Translations under genes and position numbers: made by a program
NCBI GenBank assembly: GCA_040954595.2
Contig: CM082581.2
Coordinates: forward strand, 186,001 to 250,000
Direction: 5' to 3'
Length of the DNA: 64,000 nucleotides
Origin: Balanoglossus misakiensis
Taxonomy: Eukaryota; Animalia; Hemichordata
Shown: in pieces, positions 1 through 12,559 of the stretch
How positions within the stretch are numbered: the stretch's first letter is position 1
How the letters are laid out: each line of letters begins with the position of its first letter
Notes under the pieces: generated by a model
Database searches by the model: none
What the model was told of the DNA's origin: nothing
Seen by the model: the letters and a program-made list of their open reading frames with translations, nothing else

Positions 1-79
1 ACATGTCTTTGTTCGAGGTAACAACTCCTTGTAAATAGTAACTTTAAAAACAACTGGACAATTTGTTTAGGAGAAGATT

Positions 80-1056
80 TGCTAACCAAAAACAAAGAAA
101 CTTACCAAAAAAACTCGCTAAATATTTAATCTTTCTGATCTCAGAATTGAATAAAAGTTGCACATATACAGGTATGTGTTATGAAATTATATCCTAAATT
201 TCAAAGCAATCAGAGAAAAAACTAATTTCAAAGCAATCCAACAAGCAGTTTCACAGAAAATATTTGTTCAAAAGTGGCAAAAACACAAATATGCAAATAT
301 CACCAAAATTGTACAATATCTTACTTCAATCACTACAAGGAACATGCTGCCTAAGTTCAATGCAATAGGACAAGCGGTTTCAGTGAAAACAATTTTTGAC
401 AAAAATTGCAAAAGTTTCCCCGATAACACATTTATGCAAATATCACATTTTTTACAACATATTATTTAGGTTACCCCTACGAACATGCCTACCAAATTGC
501 AAAGCAATCTGGCATGAGGTTTTAAAGAAAAACATATTTTGACCAAAAATGGCAAATAATGCTCAAAATTATAGATATGCAAATTTTGCAACAATTTGAA
601 CAAAACTATGGTTACTTAGACAACATTAGGAGGCTTCATACTAAATTTCAAAGACTTTTACCAATAACATGGAAAAATACAAAAAAATGCAAAAAAATAG
701 GAAATCGATAATATTAGCTCAAAACATACAGGGTTGTATGAGGTTGATATAAGGTACATGCATACCATTTTTCAAATCAATATGACCAGTGGTTGTCCAG
801 TTTTTGAGTTTTGACCAATTTCACATTTTCCCAGCTAATTTGCATATTTTTGGCAATGACATCTTCATTTGAACAAACTCCCATCTACAGCCCTGCCTGC
901 ATCTACACGCCAAATATCGAGGTCATACGCGCTGCGGTTTTCAAGTTTTTCATGTGGACGGACATACAGACATACATCCATCCATCCATCCATCCATACA
1001 TACAGACGTAACCAATCCCATAAGTTCCCATGGTACATACCAATGGGACCTAAAAA
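80..1056. mobile_element. Probable non-autonomous Helentron-associated (HINE/DINE-like) element; copies in every unit
   Basis: Degenerate internal repeats (AAATTTCAAAGCAATC-like), a (CATA/CATC)n microsatellite at ~961-1005, then a terminal imperfect hairpin TCCCATGGTA..TACCAATGGGA (1026-1048) and an A run. Left boundary uncertain. Confidence 0.5.
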
Positions 1057-1068
1057 CTTGTGACTTAC

Positions 1069-1191
1069 ATGTAACACATGTTTGCCCAGTGTAGCAGGTT
1101 GGACAGTTGCAGGTGTAGATTGAGCAGGAGCCTTGAAGTGGCTGATACACTCCGTTATTCAGACATGGGTTTAGAAGACACTGGTTGATCG
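1069..1191 (-). CDS. EGF-like exon (open frame, Cys3>Tyr)
   Basis: tag|CG...ACA T|gtaagt; INQCLLNPCLNNGVYQPLQGSCSIYTCNCPTCYTGQTCVT. Confidence 0.6.
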
Positions 1192-1638
1192 CTAAGGGTG
1201 AGAGAAATGAAAAGTATCACATTAGGGTCTTACACACTTGAGTGGGAAGTGAAATCTGTAGCAGACTGTCAGAAGATTGCACATCCGTGTGATCATGTTC
1301 ATGTGTGAAGGATAATGAAGACCACTTGATCCAAGCTTGGTGCTACCATCTTTATCATAATTACTGAATCTTATAATATTTACTAGTTGGGGGTGGGTGG
1401 GGTGGGGGTGGGGGTAGTTGATGTCATAACTTTCTGATGTTTCAATTTACGGTTGGAAAAATAGCAACATCTACACTGATGAGCATTTGAGTCAATGAAA
1501 GTATTCATCATGGCTACCGTAGTGCATATAAGTCTCTTGGTTAGCTGCACAATCACAGGCAACTTTATTGAGACAATATCAATGACAAAGCCCAGCGATT
1601 TCTACTTTGTGCGGGAAATCTGACACTGGTTTGCTTAC

Positions 1639-1755
1639 GTTCAGCGCACGTGGTTCCGATGAAACAGCGTGGACTCTGGCATCTGAACTCGGTGCAGGAC
1701 ACTTGCTGGCAGAATCCACTGTTTAGACAAGGGTTGGGCTGACACGGATTCAAAT
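1639..1755 (-). CDS. EGF-like exon (open frame, one Cys>Ser)
   Basis: cag|AT...GAA C|gtaagc; LNPCQPNPCLNSGFCQQVSCTEFRCQSPRCFIGTTCAE. Confidence 0.6.
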
Positions 1756-2139
1756 CTGTGCACAGAAGAGAAAGTGATATAAATTGTGTACAGTTAATAT
1801 TTACTACATATACTTTAAACAGATTTGTGCAGTCAGGGTTGAGTGGTAAAAATCTCAGTTGGTCAACAGAACATCACTGTGACAAATTTCTTCCATGTTC
1901 AACAAAAGAAACGTAATGAAATTTTGACACAGGTGTAATAGTGTCTTAGTGTACCATACGGTGCAGGTTGTTATTTGGTCAAATACACAATCCCCTTTTA
2001 TGGCACACACATTCTTAATAAATTTCCCCAAAATTGTGTCGTTATTCACTGTTTGATACAGGTTGGAAGAAACCAACTGCAAGCCGATTATGTGTTATGT
2101 TATTATGTTCCTCTTCATCTGAAATTTAAAATCACTCAC

Positions 2140-2262
2140 ATGTCTGACATAAATCGCCGGAGTAACAGCTTGTACAGGAGCATGTGAATTCAGTACACCA
2201 ATTGGGCGTCAGCACACAGTTTCCACCATTCCGACACTGGATGGGTTGACACTGGTTGACAG
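2140..2262 (-). CDS. EGF-like exon (open, 8 Cys)
   Basis: cag|CT...ACA T|gtgagt; VNQCQPIQCRNGGNCVLTPNWCTEFTCSCTSCYSGDLCQT. Confidence 0.65.
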
Positions 2263-2557
2263 CTGTGGGATGTGCAGTCAAGATATTGTCAAAATTACAG
2301 AATCTACAAACTACACTCCACAGTCATGTACATGTATACATGACAACAACCAAAGGGCTGTTTTGAAAAACCAAATGCTGTGAAATCCTTTAGAGTGTGA
2401 CAAGAAACCACAGTTGCAACCGAAAACAAAAATAGTGATAACATTAAGCTAGCCCAAAGTTTGAGTTACCAGGGCTTTAATATGTGTACCGTACTTATAT
2501 TATATAATATATAACAAGTGTTTTGCATTGAATAAAATAATATTGGTTAGTACTTAC

Positions 2558-2677
2558 GCATTGTACATGTGGCACCAGTGAAGCATTCGGTACACATACA
2601 GTCAAACAGGAAACAGCCGTCTCACGCAACGCATGTGCCACCATTTTGACAAGGCATAGGGTATAACTGATCAATGG
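2558..2677 (-). pseudogene. EGF-like exon with in-frame TGA
   Basis: IDQLYPMPCQNGGTCVA*DGCFLFDCMCTECFTGATCTM; cag|...|gtaagt. Confidence 0.8.
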
Positions 2678-3071
2678 CTGCCAAAACAAAAATGAAAGTA
2701 TCAATTACCTGCTTGTCAAAAACTTGTACATGTACTTGTGATGTTCATTTCGTTTAAATATGTGAGCAATGTCTTCATTCCTTGTTTCAAACCTTTACAT
2801 TTAAAATAACATAATGATGCTATTGCTAGGATTTTTCTGTAAGAATCTTGAAAAATTAAAAAAATGTGCCATCAACATGATACAGAAGGCTTTCCTTTTT
2901 AACATGCACCTCACACTCAATTTTGACCCTACATCAGCAAATTTTGAAAGGATGAAACTTAGTAATGCTTCCACCCCATTTATTGGTGTATGGGTCCATC
3001 TATCACATTGAGAATACCAAAAATGAGGGTTTATATACCACGCTGTGTCATAAAACAGTAATTCGACACAC

Positions 3072-3194
3072 CTACGGCACAGATGGCCCCAGTCCAACAC
3101 TACTGGCAGTAACAGGTGTAGTCAGTATAAGAATTTGGTGTTTTGGAACAATAGCCTCCATTTTGACACGGATTCTGATCACATGGGTTAATGA
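3072..3194 (-). pseudogene. EGF-like exon with in-frame TAG and mutated acceptor (TG instead of AG)
   Basis: INPCDQNPCQNGGYCSKTPNSYTDYTCYCQ*CWTGAICAV; polypyrimidine tract followed by ttg|TC. Confidence 0.8.
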
Positions 3195-3769
3195 CAATCA
3201 GAAAAAAAAATAGTTTAAAACACATGAAATGCAGATGGCTACACCTCAACCAAAGATGATTCCTGCACCACAACAAAATCCTTTGACACAAGCATTATAC
3301 TGGAACCATACCCAGAACACGCATTAAGTATATGATGAAGGGACAATGTCTCTATTTTGGGTAATACAGTAAAACCTGTCTTTATGGACACCTCTCTAAT
3401 CAGAACACCTAGTAAGATTGATTTTTCAAGCCAAATAGTAAGGATAATTAAGGACGTCTCTTTTACTTAATACTAAGAGGTGTGCACCACCTTAGGAGAG
3501 ATTACCTCACATGCACAATTATCTCTACAGACACTAGTCTTCAAGAGGCAACTCTTGTATATTTGAGTGATGAAAACATCCAACTTCGTACACTTCCTCA
3601 CAAGTTCGTGCCTATCCTAAATTGCACGGACATACAAATGAAATTTCTGTTTCCTTTTCCTTTCTTTTCTCTTGGGGAAATTTTAGAAATGAGAAGTTAC
3701 CACACAATTCAATTGCCATGAAGAGAAAGTGCCCAAAAGATTGTCATTTACGGTACGTCAGAAACTTAC

Positions 3770-3892
3770 ATATTTCACAACGGTTACCCTCATAGCAACC
3801 AGTACAGGCACAGGTATATGCCGTGCAGGAGTTGGCCACTGCATTACATACAGCCCCGTTGAGACAGCTGTTTCGCTGGCCTGGATCTTGGA
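3770..3892 (-). CDS. EGF-like exon (open, Cys1>Gly); copies at 4748-4870 and 5726-5848
   Basis: cag|TC...ATA T|gtaagt; QDPGQRNSCLNGAVCNAVANSCTAYTCACTGCYEGNRCEI. Confidence 0.6.
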
Positions 3893-4283
3893 CTGCAATA
3901 AAAAGTGCAACCTAATGTTATCTCAGCAATATTTACTTTCAAAATCTGTTTGATGAAAACATCATCATTACCATTACTGTAAATACTGAACGGAACTTCA
4001 CTTCCAAAAACAACTTGCTCATTCTGGGACGCACTTATGGGGCTATGAAAATCTCTGTATATGTATCTTGTGTAGGGAAAATTTTCATGAACGATCAACA
4101 GTTTTTTCTTCAAATAAACATGTTTTCTTTCAGCTGTACATCATTTTTGAGGTGACCGATTCCCAAGGACCAAGGTGTGATGCTGAAGATGAAAATATAA
4201 AGTATGACCAACAGACAATGTATTGAGACATGATTGTAAATGTTAGTTCCTGCATGACAAATGTTTGTTTTAATGAGTTTTAC

Positions 4284-4400
4284 ACTGGCTGCAGTGTGTG
4301 CCGGTGAAACATCCTGGACAAGTACACTCATAAGTTGTACAAGACAGCTGAGTACACCGCCCATTGTTCAGGCATGGACTTGGCCTACATGGAGTTTGTT
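4284..4400 (-). CDS. EGF-like exon (open, 8 Cys); copies at 5262-5378 and 6240-6356
   Basis: cag|AA...CAG T|gtaaaa; QTPCRPSPCLNNGRCTQLSCTTYECTCPGCFTGTHCSQ. Confidence 0.6.
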
Positions 4401-6798
4401 CTGTTTCAATGGCATGAAAAAAAAATAGTAGTGACATAAGTTTTTTAGGGTATGACCATTTCCCTAATTCCTACAGCTGTGGTTCTATCGGGTTCTCCTA
4501 TAACTGAGCCTCCTAAATGTATAACTGAACAATAAGAAGTCAAGGGTGCCCTGACACCCAACTTTTAAGAGCAGTTCATTTACTGAAACTGCCAGCACCC
4601 AATATTATCATACAAATGAAATTTCTGTTTCCTTTTCCTTTCTTTTCTCTTGGGGAAATTTTAGAAATGAGAAGTTACCACACAATTCAATTGCCATGAA
4701 GAGAAAGTGCCCAAAAGATTGTCATTTACGGTACGTCAGAAACTTACATATTTCACAACGGTTACCCTCATAGCAACCAGTACAGGCACAGGTATATGCC
4801 GTGCAGGAGTTGGCCACTGCATTACATACAGCCCCGTTGAGACAGCTGTTTCGCTGGCCTGGATCTTGGACTGCAATAAAAAGTGCAACCTAATGTTATC
4901 TCAGCAATATTTACTTTCAAAATCTGTTTGATGAAAACATCATCATTACCATTACTGTAAATACTGAACGGAACTTCACTTCCAAAAACAACTTGCTCAT
5001 TCTGGGACGCACTTATGGGGCTATGAAAATCTCTGTATATGTATCTTGTGTAGGGAAAATTTTCATGAACGATCAACAGTGTTTTCTTCAAATAAACATG
5101 TTTTCTTTCAGCTGTACATCATTTTTGAGGTGACCGATTCCCAAGGACCAAGGTGTGATGCTGAAGATGAAAATATAAAGTATGACCAACAGACAATGTA
5201 TTGAGACATGATTGTAAATGTTAGTTCCTGCATGACAAATGTTTGTTTTAATGAGTTTTACACTGGCTGCAGTGTGTGCCGGTGAAACATCCTGGACAAG
5301 TACACTCATAAGTTGTACAAGACAGCTGAGTACACCGCCCATTGTTCAGGCATGGACTTGGCCTACATGGAGTTTGTTCTGTTTCAATGGCATGAAAAAA
5401 AAATAGTAGTGACATAAGTTTTTTAGGGTATGACCATTTCCCTAATTCCTACAGCTGTGGTTCTATCGGGTTCTCCTATAACTGAGCCTCCTAAATGTAT
5501 AACTGAACAATAAGAAGTCAAGGGTGCCCTGACACCCAACTTTTAAGAGCAGTTCATTTACTGAAACTGCCAGCACCCAATATTATCATACAAATGAAAT
5601 TTCTGTTTCCTTTTCCTTTCTTTTCTCTTGGGGAAATTTTAGAAATGAGAAGTTACCACACAATTCAATTGCCATGAAGAGAAAGTGCCCAAAAGATTGT
5701 CATTTACGGTACGTCAGAAACTTACATATTTCACAACGGTTACCCTCATAGCAACCAGTACAGGCACAGGTATATGCCGTGCAGGAGTTGGCCACTGCAT
5801 TACATACAGCCCCGTTGAGACAGCTGTTTCGCTGGCCTGGATCTTGGACTGCAATAAAAAGTGCAACCTAATGTTATCTCAGCAATATTTACTTTCAAAA
5901 TCTGTTTGATGAAAACATCATCATTACCATTACTGTAAATACTGAACGGAACTTCACTTCCAAAAACAACTTGCTCATTCTGGGACGCACTTATGGGGCT
6001 ATGAAAATCTCTGTATATGTATCTTGTGTAGGGAAAATTTTCATGAACGATCAACAGTTTTTTCTTCAAATAAACATGTTTTCTTTCAGCTGTACATCAT
6101 TTTTGAGGTGACCGATTCCCAAGGACCAAGGTGTGATGCTGAAGATGAAAATATAAAGTATGACCAACAGACAATGTATTGAGACATGATTGTAAATGTT
6201 AGTTCCTGCATGACAAATGTTTGTTTTAATGAGTTTTACACTGGCTGCAGTGTGTGCCGGTGAAACATCCTGGACAAGTACACTCATAAGTTGTACAAGA
6301 CAGCTGAGTACACCGCCCATTGTTCAGGCATGGACTTGGCCTACATGGAGTTTGTTCTGTTTCAATGGCATGAAAAAAAAATAGTAGTGACATAAGTTTT
6401 TTAGGGTATGACCATTTCCCTAATTCCTACAGCTGTGGTTCTATCGGGTTCTCCTATAACTGAGCCTCCTAAATGTATAACTGAACAATAAGAAGTCAAG
6501 GGTGCCCTGACACCCAACTTTTAAGAGCAGTTCATTTACTGAAACTGCCAGCACCCAATATTATCCCACATGTAATCCATATGTGGAATTATATTATACC
6601 AGTATATTGATGTCATAGTGATTATGAATGTATGTCAGTGGCTGAAAAAAATTCCCAGGGGTGAGTTTCCTACAAAAATTGTGATGTGACAAACCGACAA
6701 ATTAGCATATTAGCATAATCAGAATAAATAAAAAACAGGTAGTTTAAAAGAACAAACACTTTGGAAAAGGAATAGAGCTAAGCTGCTGTCCCTTTCTA

Positions 6799-7265
6799 AT
6801 TGTTACTCGTTCAAAAATCACCTGTCACATCACTCCAATTTTGTATCAGTTGCACTGGCTACCTGTTACAGAGCTTATTGTTTTTAAGATGTTAGTTCTC
6901 ATTTTTAAATCCATTCATAAACTTGGTCCAATCTATCTTTCTAGCATGACTAATCTATATGTTCCGTGTCGCAATTTGAGGTCAGCTGATCAGTTCAAAC
7001 TCTGCCCTGTTCGATCACGCACCAAGAGTTATGGTGATCGTGCTTTTACTGTTGCTGCTCCAATTCTTTGGAATAATCTTCCACTCACCATTCGCCAGGC
7101 ACCAGACTTATCTGTTTTTAAATCAAATGTTAAAACTTTACTTTTTAAATCTGTTTTTTAGCCATTTGTTGTGTTGTATTGTACTTTTGCTTTAAGCGTC
7201 ATTGATCACATTTTTTGTGGATACTGACGCTATACAAATAAATTATTATTATTATTATTATTATT
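6799..7265 (+). mobile_element. 5'-truncated L2/CR1-group LINE 3' end
   Basis: HITPILYQLHWLPV..YGDRAFTVAAPILWNNLP..FKSNVKTLLF (ORF2 C-terminus), then AATAAA and an (ATT)n tail. Confidence 0.9.
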
Positions 7266-7359
7266 TCTATTTTTGTGTTTGTACAACATCAGTGAAGTTT
7301 AAATCATAATAAAAAAAAATGATAATTATCATTGTTAACTGCTATAGATTCAAACTTAC

Positions 7360-7482
7360 TTGTCTCACACCTGTTTCCCTAGTAACACTCTGTGCACATG
7401 CCAATGGTGGCAGTACAAGAATTTGCCTGTTGTTGGCAGGTACCTCCATTGAGACAAGGACTAGTGAAGCATGGATTAGGAA
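7360..7482 (-). pseudogene. EGF-like exon with in-frame TAG
   Basis: PNPCFTSPCLNGGTCQQQANSCTATIGMCTECY*GNRCET; cag|...|gtaagt. Confidence 0.8.
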
Positions 7483-7712
7483 CTGGAAGACAGGAATTCA
7501 AAATTTTATACAACAGTTACCTATGGTAACACCAGTACACGTTCATTATTTCTCTGTTATGTTTTTATACTGGTGATTTTACTGTTTTTATTACCGATCA
7601 TATGACTGACTTAAAGATGATGATGATGATGATAATGACTACACCTGCTATTATTACTACAATGTACCTCAGCACTTAGATTTTTTAATAAATGACAAAG
7701 TACTGTACTCAC

Positions 7713-7842
7713 GTGTTTCACATGTGAAGCCCAGGTAGCAGCCAGCACATAGACATGTGACGCCTGTACAAGATCCCTGGATTGCTTGGCAAGTACCAGC
7801 ATTCCGGCATGGGTTAAGGTTTGTGTTCGCACGGATTCATTG
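7713..7842 (-). pseudogene. EGF-like exon with +1 frameshift (130 bp)
   Basis: MNPCE / TNLNPCRNAGTCQAIQGSCTGVTCLCAGCYLGFTCET; cag|...|gtgagt. Confidence 0.8.
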
Positions 7843-8660
7843 CTGCAAATGTACAATATTTACAAAATAAAACAGTATACAACTGTAAGTATTTATAATC
7901 ATCAATTGTGAATATCACACCAATCAAGGCCTTTTAATGCACCCTGATTGCTGAGAGCTGAAATACGTGAACCAACGTGTATTTGTTTTCACTACTATAT
8001 CACATGACATTCTGCATCTCTTTTCCATAGTTGGAGTCTGCACCCAACATTGTATTCCGGGGTAGCACTACCCGGAACCCCGAAACTTTTTCGTCATCAT
8101 CCGAGTACTTTTCCCAGCATGCAGTTGCCAAGAAGGCTGCACAGGGAGTTTTTAATTTTGCACTGGTATACAATTTTTTTATTCGTCAATTTCACAGACA
8201 CGTGCATTGCACATCAAAATTTTGCGTCAGAAGTGAGGACAACTTAACTAGGTACCAATGCAATGTGGTTTTAGGCGGATTTGAACTTTTCCTTTAATGT
8301 AACAGTTGTATTGACATGCGATTATCATACTGAACATGAAGCAATCTCAAAATTGCTAAAAATAAAATAATTCAGAACATTTAGATTCTACAATGGTGAA
8401 AAAATATGACAAACCTTCCAAAATTCTTATTTTTGAGGCCATTTTACAAAAATCTACGAGCCTGGCAAAATCTGAAAGAGGTGCTAGATAAAGGGCGCTT
8501 TTTCAAAACTCTAGATGGTTGACCCCCAATTTTTATTCCATAGATTAAATGTTTAGAAGTCATAGTATCATCAGTATTAATTTTAACATGATCAGACGAC
8601 CCTTTATTTCGAGGTGCCCAACACCTTAAATATGTTTTTACGACTAAGACGACTACAAAC

Positions 8661-10579
8661 CTGGTAGAAGGGGAGTACATGTTGTTGATGGTCCCAGAGA
8701 GTAGGTTCTTGATGTGCAGGCAAGTGGGTGATGTTGCTGCACACTGACAGCCTGGATCGCAAGGGGTACAGGATACTTCTGTGGCTGTGTCAGCATAATA
8801 ACTTGATGGACAAGGAATGGGGCTGTCTGACCCATCTGGACAGTAGTTACCTACGCCGCAATCAGCACATGTCATGTCTGTAGAATAACAGCAGCTTGTG
8901 TAGTGAGTGTTTTGCCGATATGACAGAGTTCAAGTATGCTTATTTGGTTAAATTTTAAAAGGAATATCACCCGCTGTTTTAGAGTTAATATTGCGAAAGG
9001 GACTTCATAAGTTGTCTGAAAACACCAGTTTCCCCAATTTTCACTAATGTATAGGAATACATGAGAAGTCGGCCAGATTAGAAGTCAGCCACTACGCGCG
9101 TATGAGAAGTCGGCCAGTTGTTGAACTTGTACCCGAATAGTGCAGTGATGACCCAGATTACTTATAACAACACTTAATAAAATATAATTGCACTAAATAT
9201 TTTCATTTGGACGGATTTCCCAAATTCTTGACAACACAATGGCGTCATTTCAAATAATGGCGTCTGGCATCCGTACCAGTTCCCCATCCCCGTATCCGCG
9301 TAAGGAGCTTAGGTTGTTCGCCAAATTCCTGTGACATTTCTGATTAAAGGGAGTTGTTTCAAAGCCTACTAAAATACATAGAAGATGTATGTGTATATTC
9401 ATACTTTCTGAGACAACACCAAACAAACAAACAAACAAACATGACAAGGAACAGACTACTGGCGCAGCTCAAGAAGTGCAGGTGACTGATGTTGACGTAC
9501 CCCGGTGACGTACATGAAAAGTGAACAGACAGTTTTAAAATTCATCGGCTATTTGTACAAATATCTCAGCTCCTGTACATCAAGGAAACATTTCGTAGTG
9601 AAACAGTTATATATAACACAAAGTACCAGGGTTCTCTCTCACAGGCCGACTTCTCGTACTGGCCGATACCGACTTCTCATACTGGTCGACTTCTCAGGAC
9701 ACCATGTATAGCATAGCTGTTGAACTAAAAAAATATGTAAAACTACAAGTGATGTAAACAACTTGTGGAACCATGTTCAAATCGAGACCAGAAGAAAAGA
9801 GATTTCAAGACTTACCTCCTTCAACACTTTACTTCCCTGTAGCGCACTGTGTGACATTTGTAGTTGTGCATTCATAACCAGAAGGACTTGGCCGAACCTA
9901 GCGAGTATGAACCTATCACAGAAAAAATTCAAAGAACGATTGGTTTGGTCCAACGATCCCTTATTAGAGAGATGTCCGTAATCACAGGTGTTACTGTACA
10001 ATACCTCTTCAGTGGCATCATTGTGTTTTTCAAAGTGCATCACAATATCAACTCCAATGAGCATAACAGTTTAATTTTCTGTGTATGTCATGCTATAACA
10101 CAGGGAAGTCATAAGAGTAATTTGCAGCCCAACTTACCAGTAACTGTTGAACAATCAACTACGGGTGACATGGTTGGACACTTGGATCCTGCTGGACAAG
10201 GCGTGCATGTGCCGTCGCCTTCCATAGCATATTCACCATTGCCACAGTCAAGCGGATCTTACATTGGATCTGAACACGATTGTCCAGCAGGGCACAGAAG
10301 ACGGGATGTGCGTGCAGGCTCCTCACTTATTTCATCTGATTAAAGAAAATGAGGTTTTTAGTGAAGTATTTGTGATACAGTGTCATTTAAAATAACAAAT
10401 TACTTGAGATGATTCACTTCATAATTCTGAGACAAGTATACGGGCATGTAGAAAATTCTTTGGAGGACATTAAACGTCATTTCTAATCAACCATTTTCTG
10501 AATATCATAAGACTCTGCGAGATCTCACATGGCTAACCGGGTCTCGCAAGATTTCGCACTGAGTTGATAATCTGTTGTA

Positions 10580-10611
<32 letters not shown>

Positions 10612-11237
10612 TAACCCCAGTCGCACTGACTTGAAAATCTGTTGTAAACACATACATGCATACACACATACCACTCAGTTTCATCACACAGCAAACTGAA
10701 CAAGTACCACAATCTTACCATTTGTACATCTGGTACAGTTTGTTGCACCAGCCAATGACACGTAACCCTTGGTACACTTGAATTGCGATGCACTGGGATC
10801 TGTGCAGGCGTACCCTTGCTCACAAATAGTACACTGTTCAGCACCGGCTGATCTGTAAATCAAACAAAGAATATACACACCAAGTTAACCTTTGAATACC
10901 ACTGTAAAAAATTGGCGCAAATTTTAATTATTTTCATAAATAGAGGTCTATTCAAATTTGGAAAAATTGTCATTTTTTCATTCATATATTATATCAGTAA
11001 ATTTTAAATACAGAAATGGAAAATGTTCCCATCCTATTTTTCAGTTAGTAAATTACCTGACCTAATGTTTGATGTTGGAAATAAAGGTTGGTGGGTAGAA
11101 GTTTACCTGTTATGCAAGAGGTACAGCGAGACATCCTTTGTCCAAGGCCGAACTGTAATAACCAGCCGAGCATAAAATCACAGTGTTACCATTTGGACAT
11201 TGGTTACCAGCTGGGCAATCAGCACATGATGTTTGTG
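8661..11237 (-). pseudogene. GCC2/GCC3 (ephrin-receptor-like) Cys-rich repeat gene remnant, unit 1 (5 exons)
   Basis: Exons 11107-11237 (SCADCPAGNQCP..CSAGYYS, frameshift), 10719-10852 (CTICEQGYACTDP..CTKGYVSLAGATNCTRC, open), 10138-10335 (CPAGQSCSDPM*..CTPCPAGSKCP), 9816-9912 (frameshift and stop), 8661-8877 (CADCGVGNYCPDG..CPSSYY..CTPCDPG, frameshift); all with AG/GT ends. Confidence 0.82.
9054..9703. mobile_element. Fold-back-type non-autonomous DNA transposon with subterminal repeats; copies 23415-24064, 38312-38961, 53198-53864
   Basis: GAGAAGTCGGCCAG-like motif x3 at the left and its reverse complement x3 at the right; GG..CC termini; flanking direct repeat ATGTATA (9047-9053 and 9704-9710). 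Confidence 0.75.
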
Positions 11238-11616
11238 CTGAAAATAAACAGAGATTTATAGAATCTTATAGTCACAGTCATACCTTCAAAGACGTGGGAT
11301 TCTCACGCGGGTTGGGGACACAAAAATCCCTGGCAAAAGATTGAGGACAGGAAAATGCCAAACCAGAGATATTGGTAACAGAAACTGTATACAGTCAATG
11401 CCATATGGCAGTGTGCTGTTCTAACAACAGACAAGAATGTGACGATCATAGTCTGTGTCGGAGATTTGGAAAAGAGCAAATTCGGTGAAAAGACGGGACA
11501 AAACAAAAGTCTACTTATACGATGCACATGAAAACTTGATGAAAGCGAAGCAGTCCACTATTTGAATGCATTGGATGTAAAATTGGCAGAATATTTGGAC
11601 TGGACGTAATGTTTGT

Positions 11617-12217
11617 ATGGGGTGCCATGTGTTAACTTATTATTTAGCTAAATTATTTGTTCAAAAGTCGTTATTTAACATACTTATATGTATGTAATTA
11701 TAGATTTGCAAACCATTTAAGTCCTGACAATTTATTTATAAATAATTTCACGTCGATTCAATTATATACATAAAATGTATTTTATGCTCTTTTATTTATA
11801 TATAATAAATTATTTATAAACAATGTCAGTGTCAGTCTATTATATATATATCATGAGTGATGTACATAATTATTTATATATAATTAATTATTTATAAATA
11901 AAAAAAATTTAAGTGTATTATATATATATCATGAGTGATTTATAAATAATTTAAGTGCAAGTCTATTATATATATATCATGAGTGATTTACATTATATAA
12001 TGAATTATATATAAATAAGTGATTTCTAAACCATGAAAAAATGCACTCGCGCCGTTTGTCAACTTATTATTTAACGCAAACTCATTATTTAACGCAAACT
12101 CATTATTTAAGGCCTGTTCACACGACCCCTTGCATTTGGATCATTACGCACACATATAGTCCCCACACGTGAACAAGAAATGCACATTACGTGCGGTCAT
12201 TTCATTTTTATTATACT
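11617..12217 (+). mobile_element. Orphan left arm (601 bp, AT-rich) of fold-back transposon, unit 1
   Basis: Reverse complement of 55947-56547; preceded by ATGTTTGT. Confidence 0.85.
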
Positions 12218-12367
12218 CCTTTCAAAGGTTAGATGAAACACCGAAAAAGGTATCAACTAGTTAGTGATTTTAGCCCGTGATTGCAATGTTTGATTGAAAC
12301 GCGAAAAGCTGATCGATAGCTCTACATTGTGGTCTCCGAGGTCAAAGGTTGGCCGGTCATGACAATG

Positions 12368-12557
12368 CCATTATTAAAATAGGGGCCAGTCTTCAAGACG
12401 TGACTCTACCAGCCTCCAGACCAGGAACTGGCGACCCGCCGTTTGTTTCCAACGCCAAATTTGATTCTAATGTTGAATTTACGAGAAAACAATTTATCTG
12501 ACCTGTAGTTTTTTGGCTCACTTACGTTTTGATGACTGGCCCCTATTTTAATAATGG
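12368..12557. mobile_element. ~190-bp MITE-like element; copies in units 2 and 3
   Basis: Inverted repeats CCATTATTAAAATAGGGGCCAGTC / GACTGGCCCCTATTTTAATAATGG; no clear TSD. Confidence 0.65.
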
Positions 12558-12559
12558 TA

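Larger units (their letters stand above)
3631..6565. repeat. 3 x 978-bp tandem sub-repeat carrying two EGF exons per copy (unit 1)
   Basis: CATACAAATGAAATTTCTG at 3631, 4609 and 5587; ORF-track offsets of 978. Confidence 0.97.
1069..7842 (-). pseudogene. Multi-EGF-repeat gene remnant, unit 1 (13 single-EGF phase 1-1 exons)
   Basis: Exons of 117-130 bp, nearly all AG/GT-bounded, each encoding C-x4-C-xNxGxC...CxC..C[FY]xGxxC. Stops in 2558-2677, 3072-3194 and 7360-7482, a frameshift in 7713-7842, and Cys losses in others. Confidence 0.85.

Noticed and set aside
9864-10343. 159-aa plus-strand ORF and similar 60-200 aa ORFs in the track
   Set aside because: They are antisense or off-frame shadows of minus-strand exons and repeats. 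This one is broken by a stop in unit 3.
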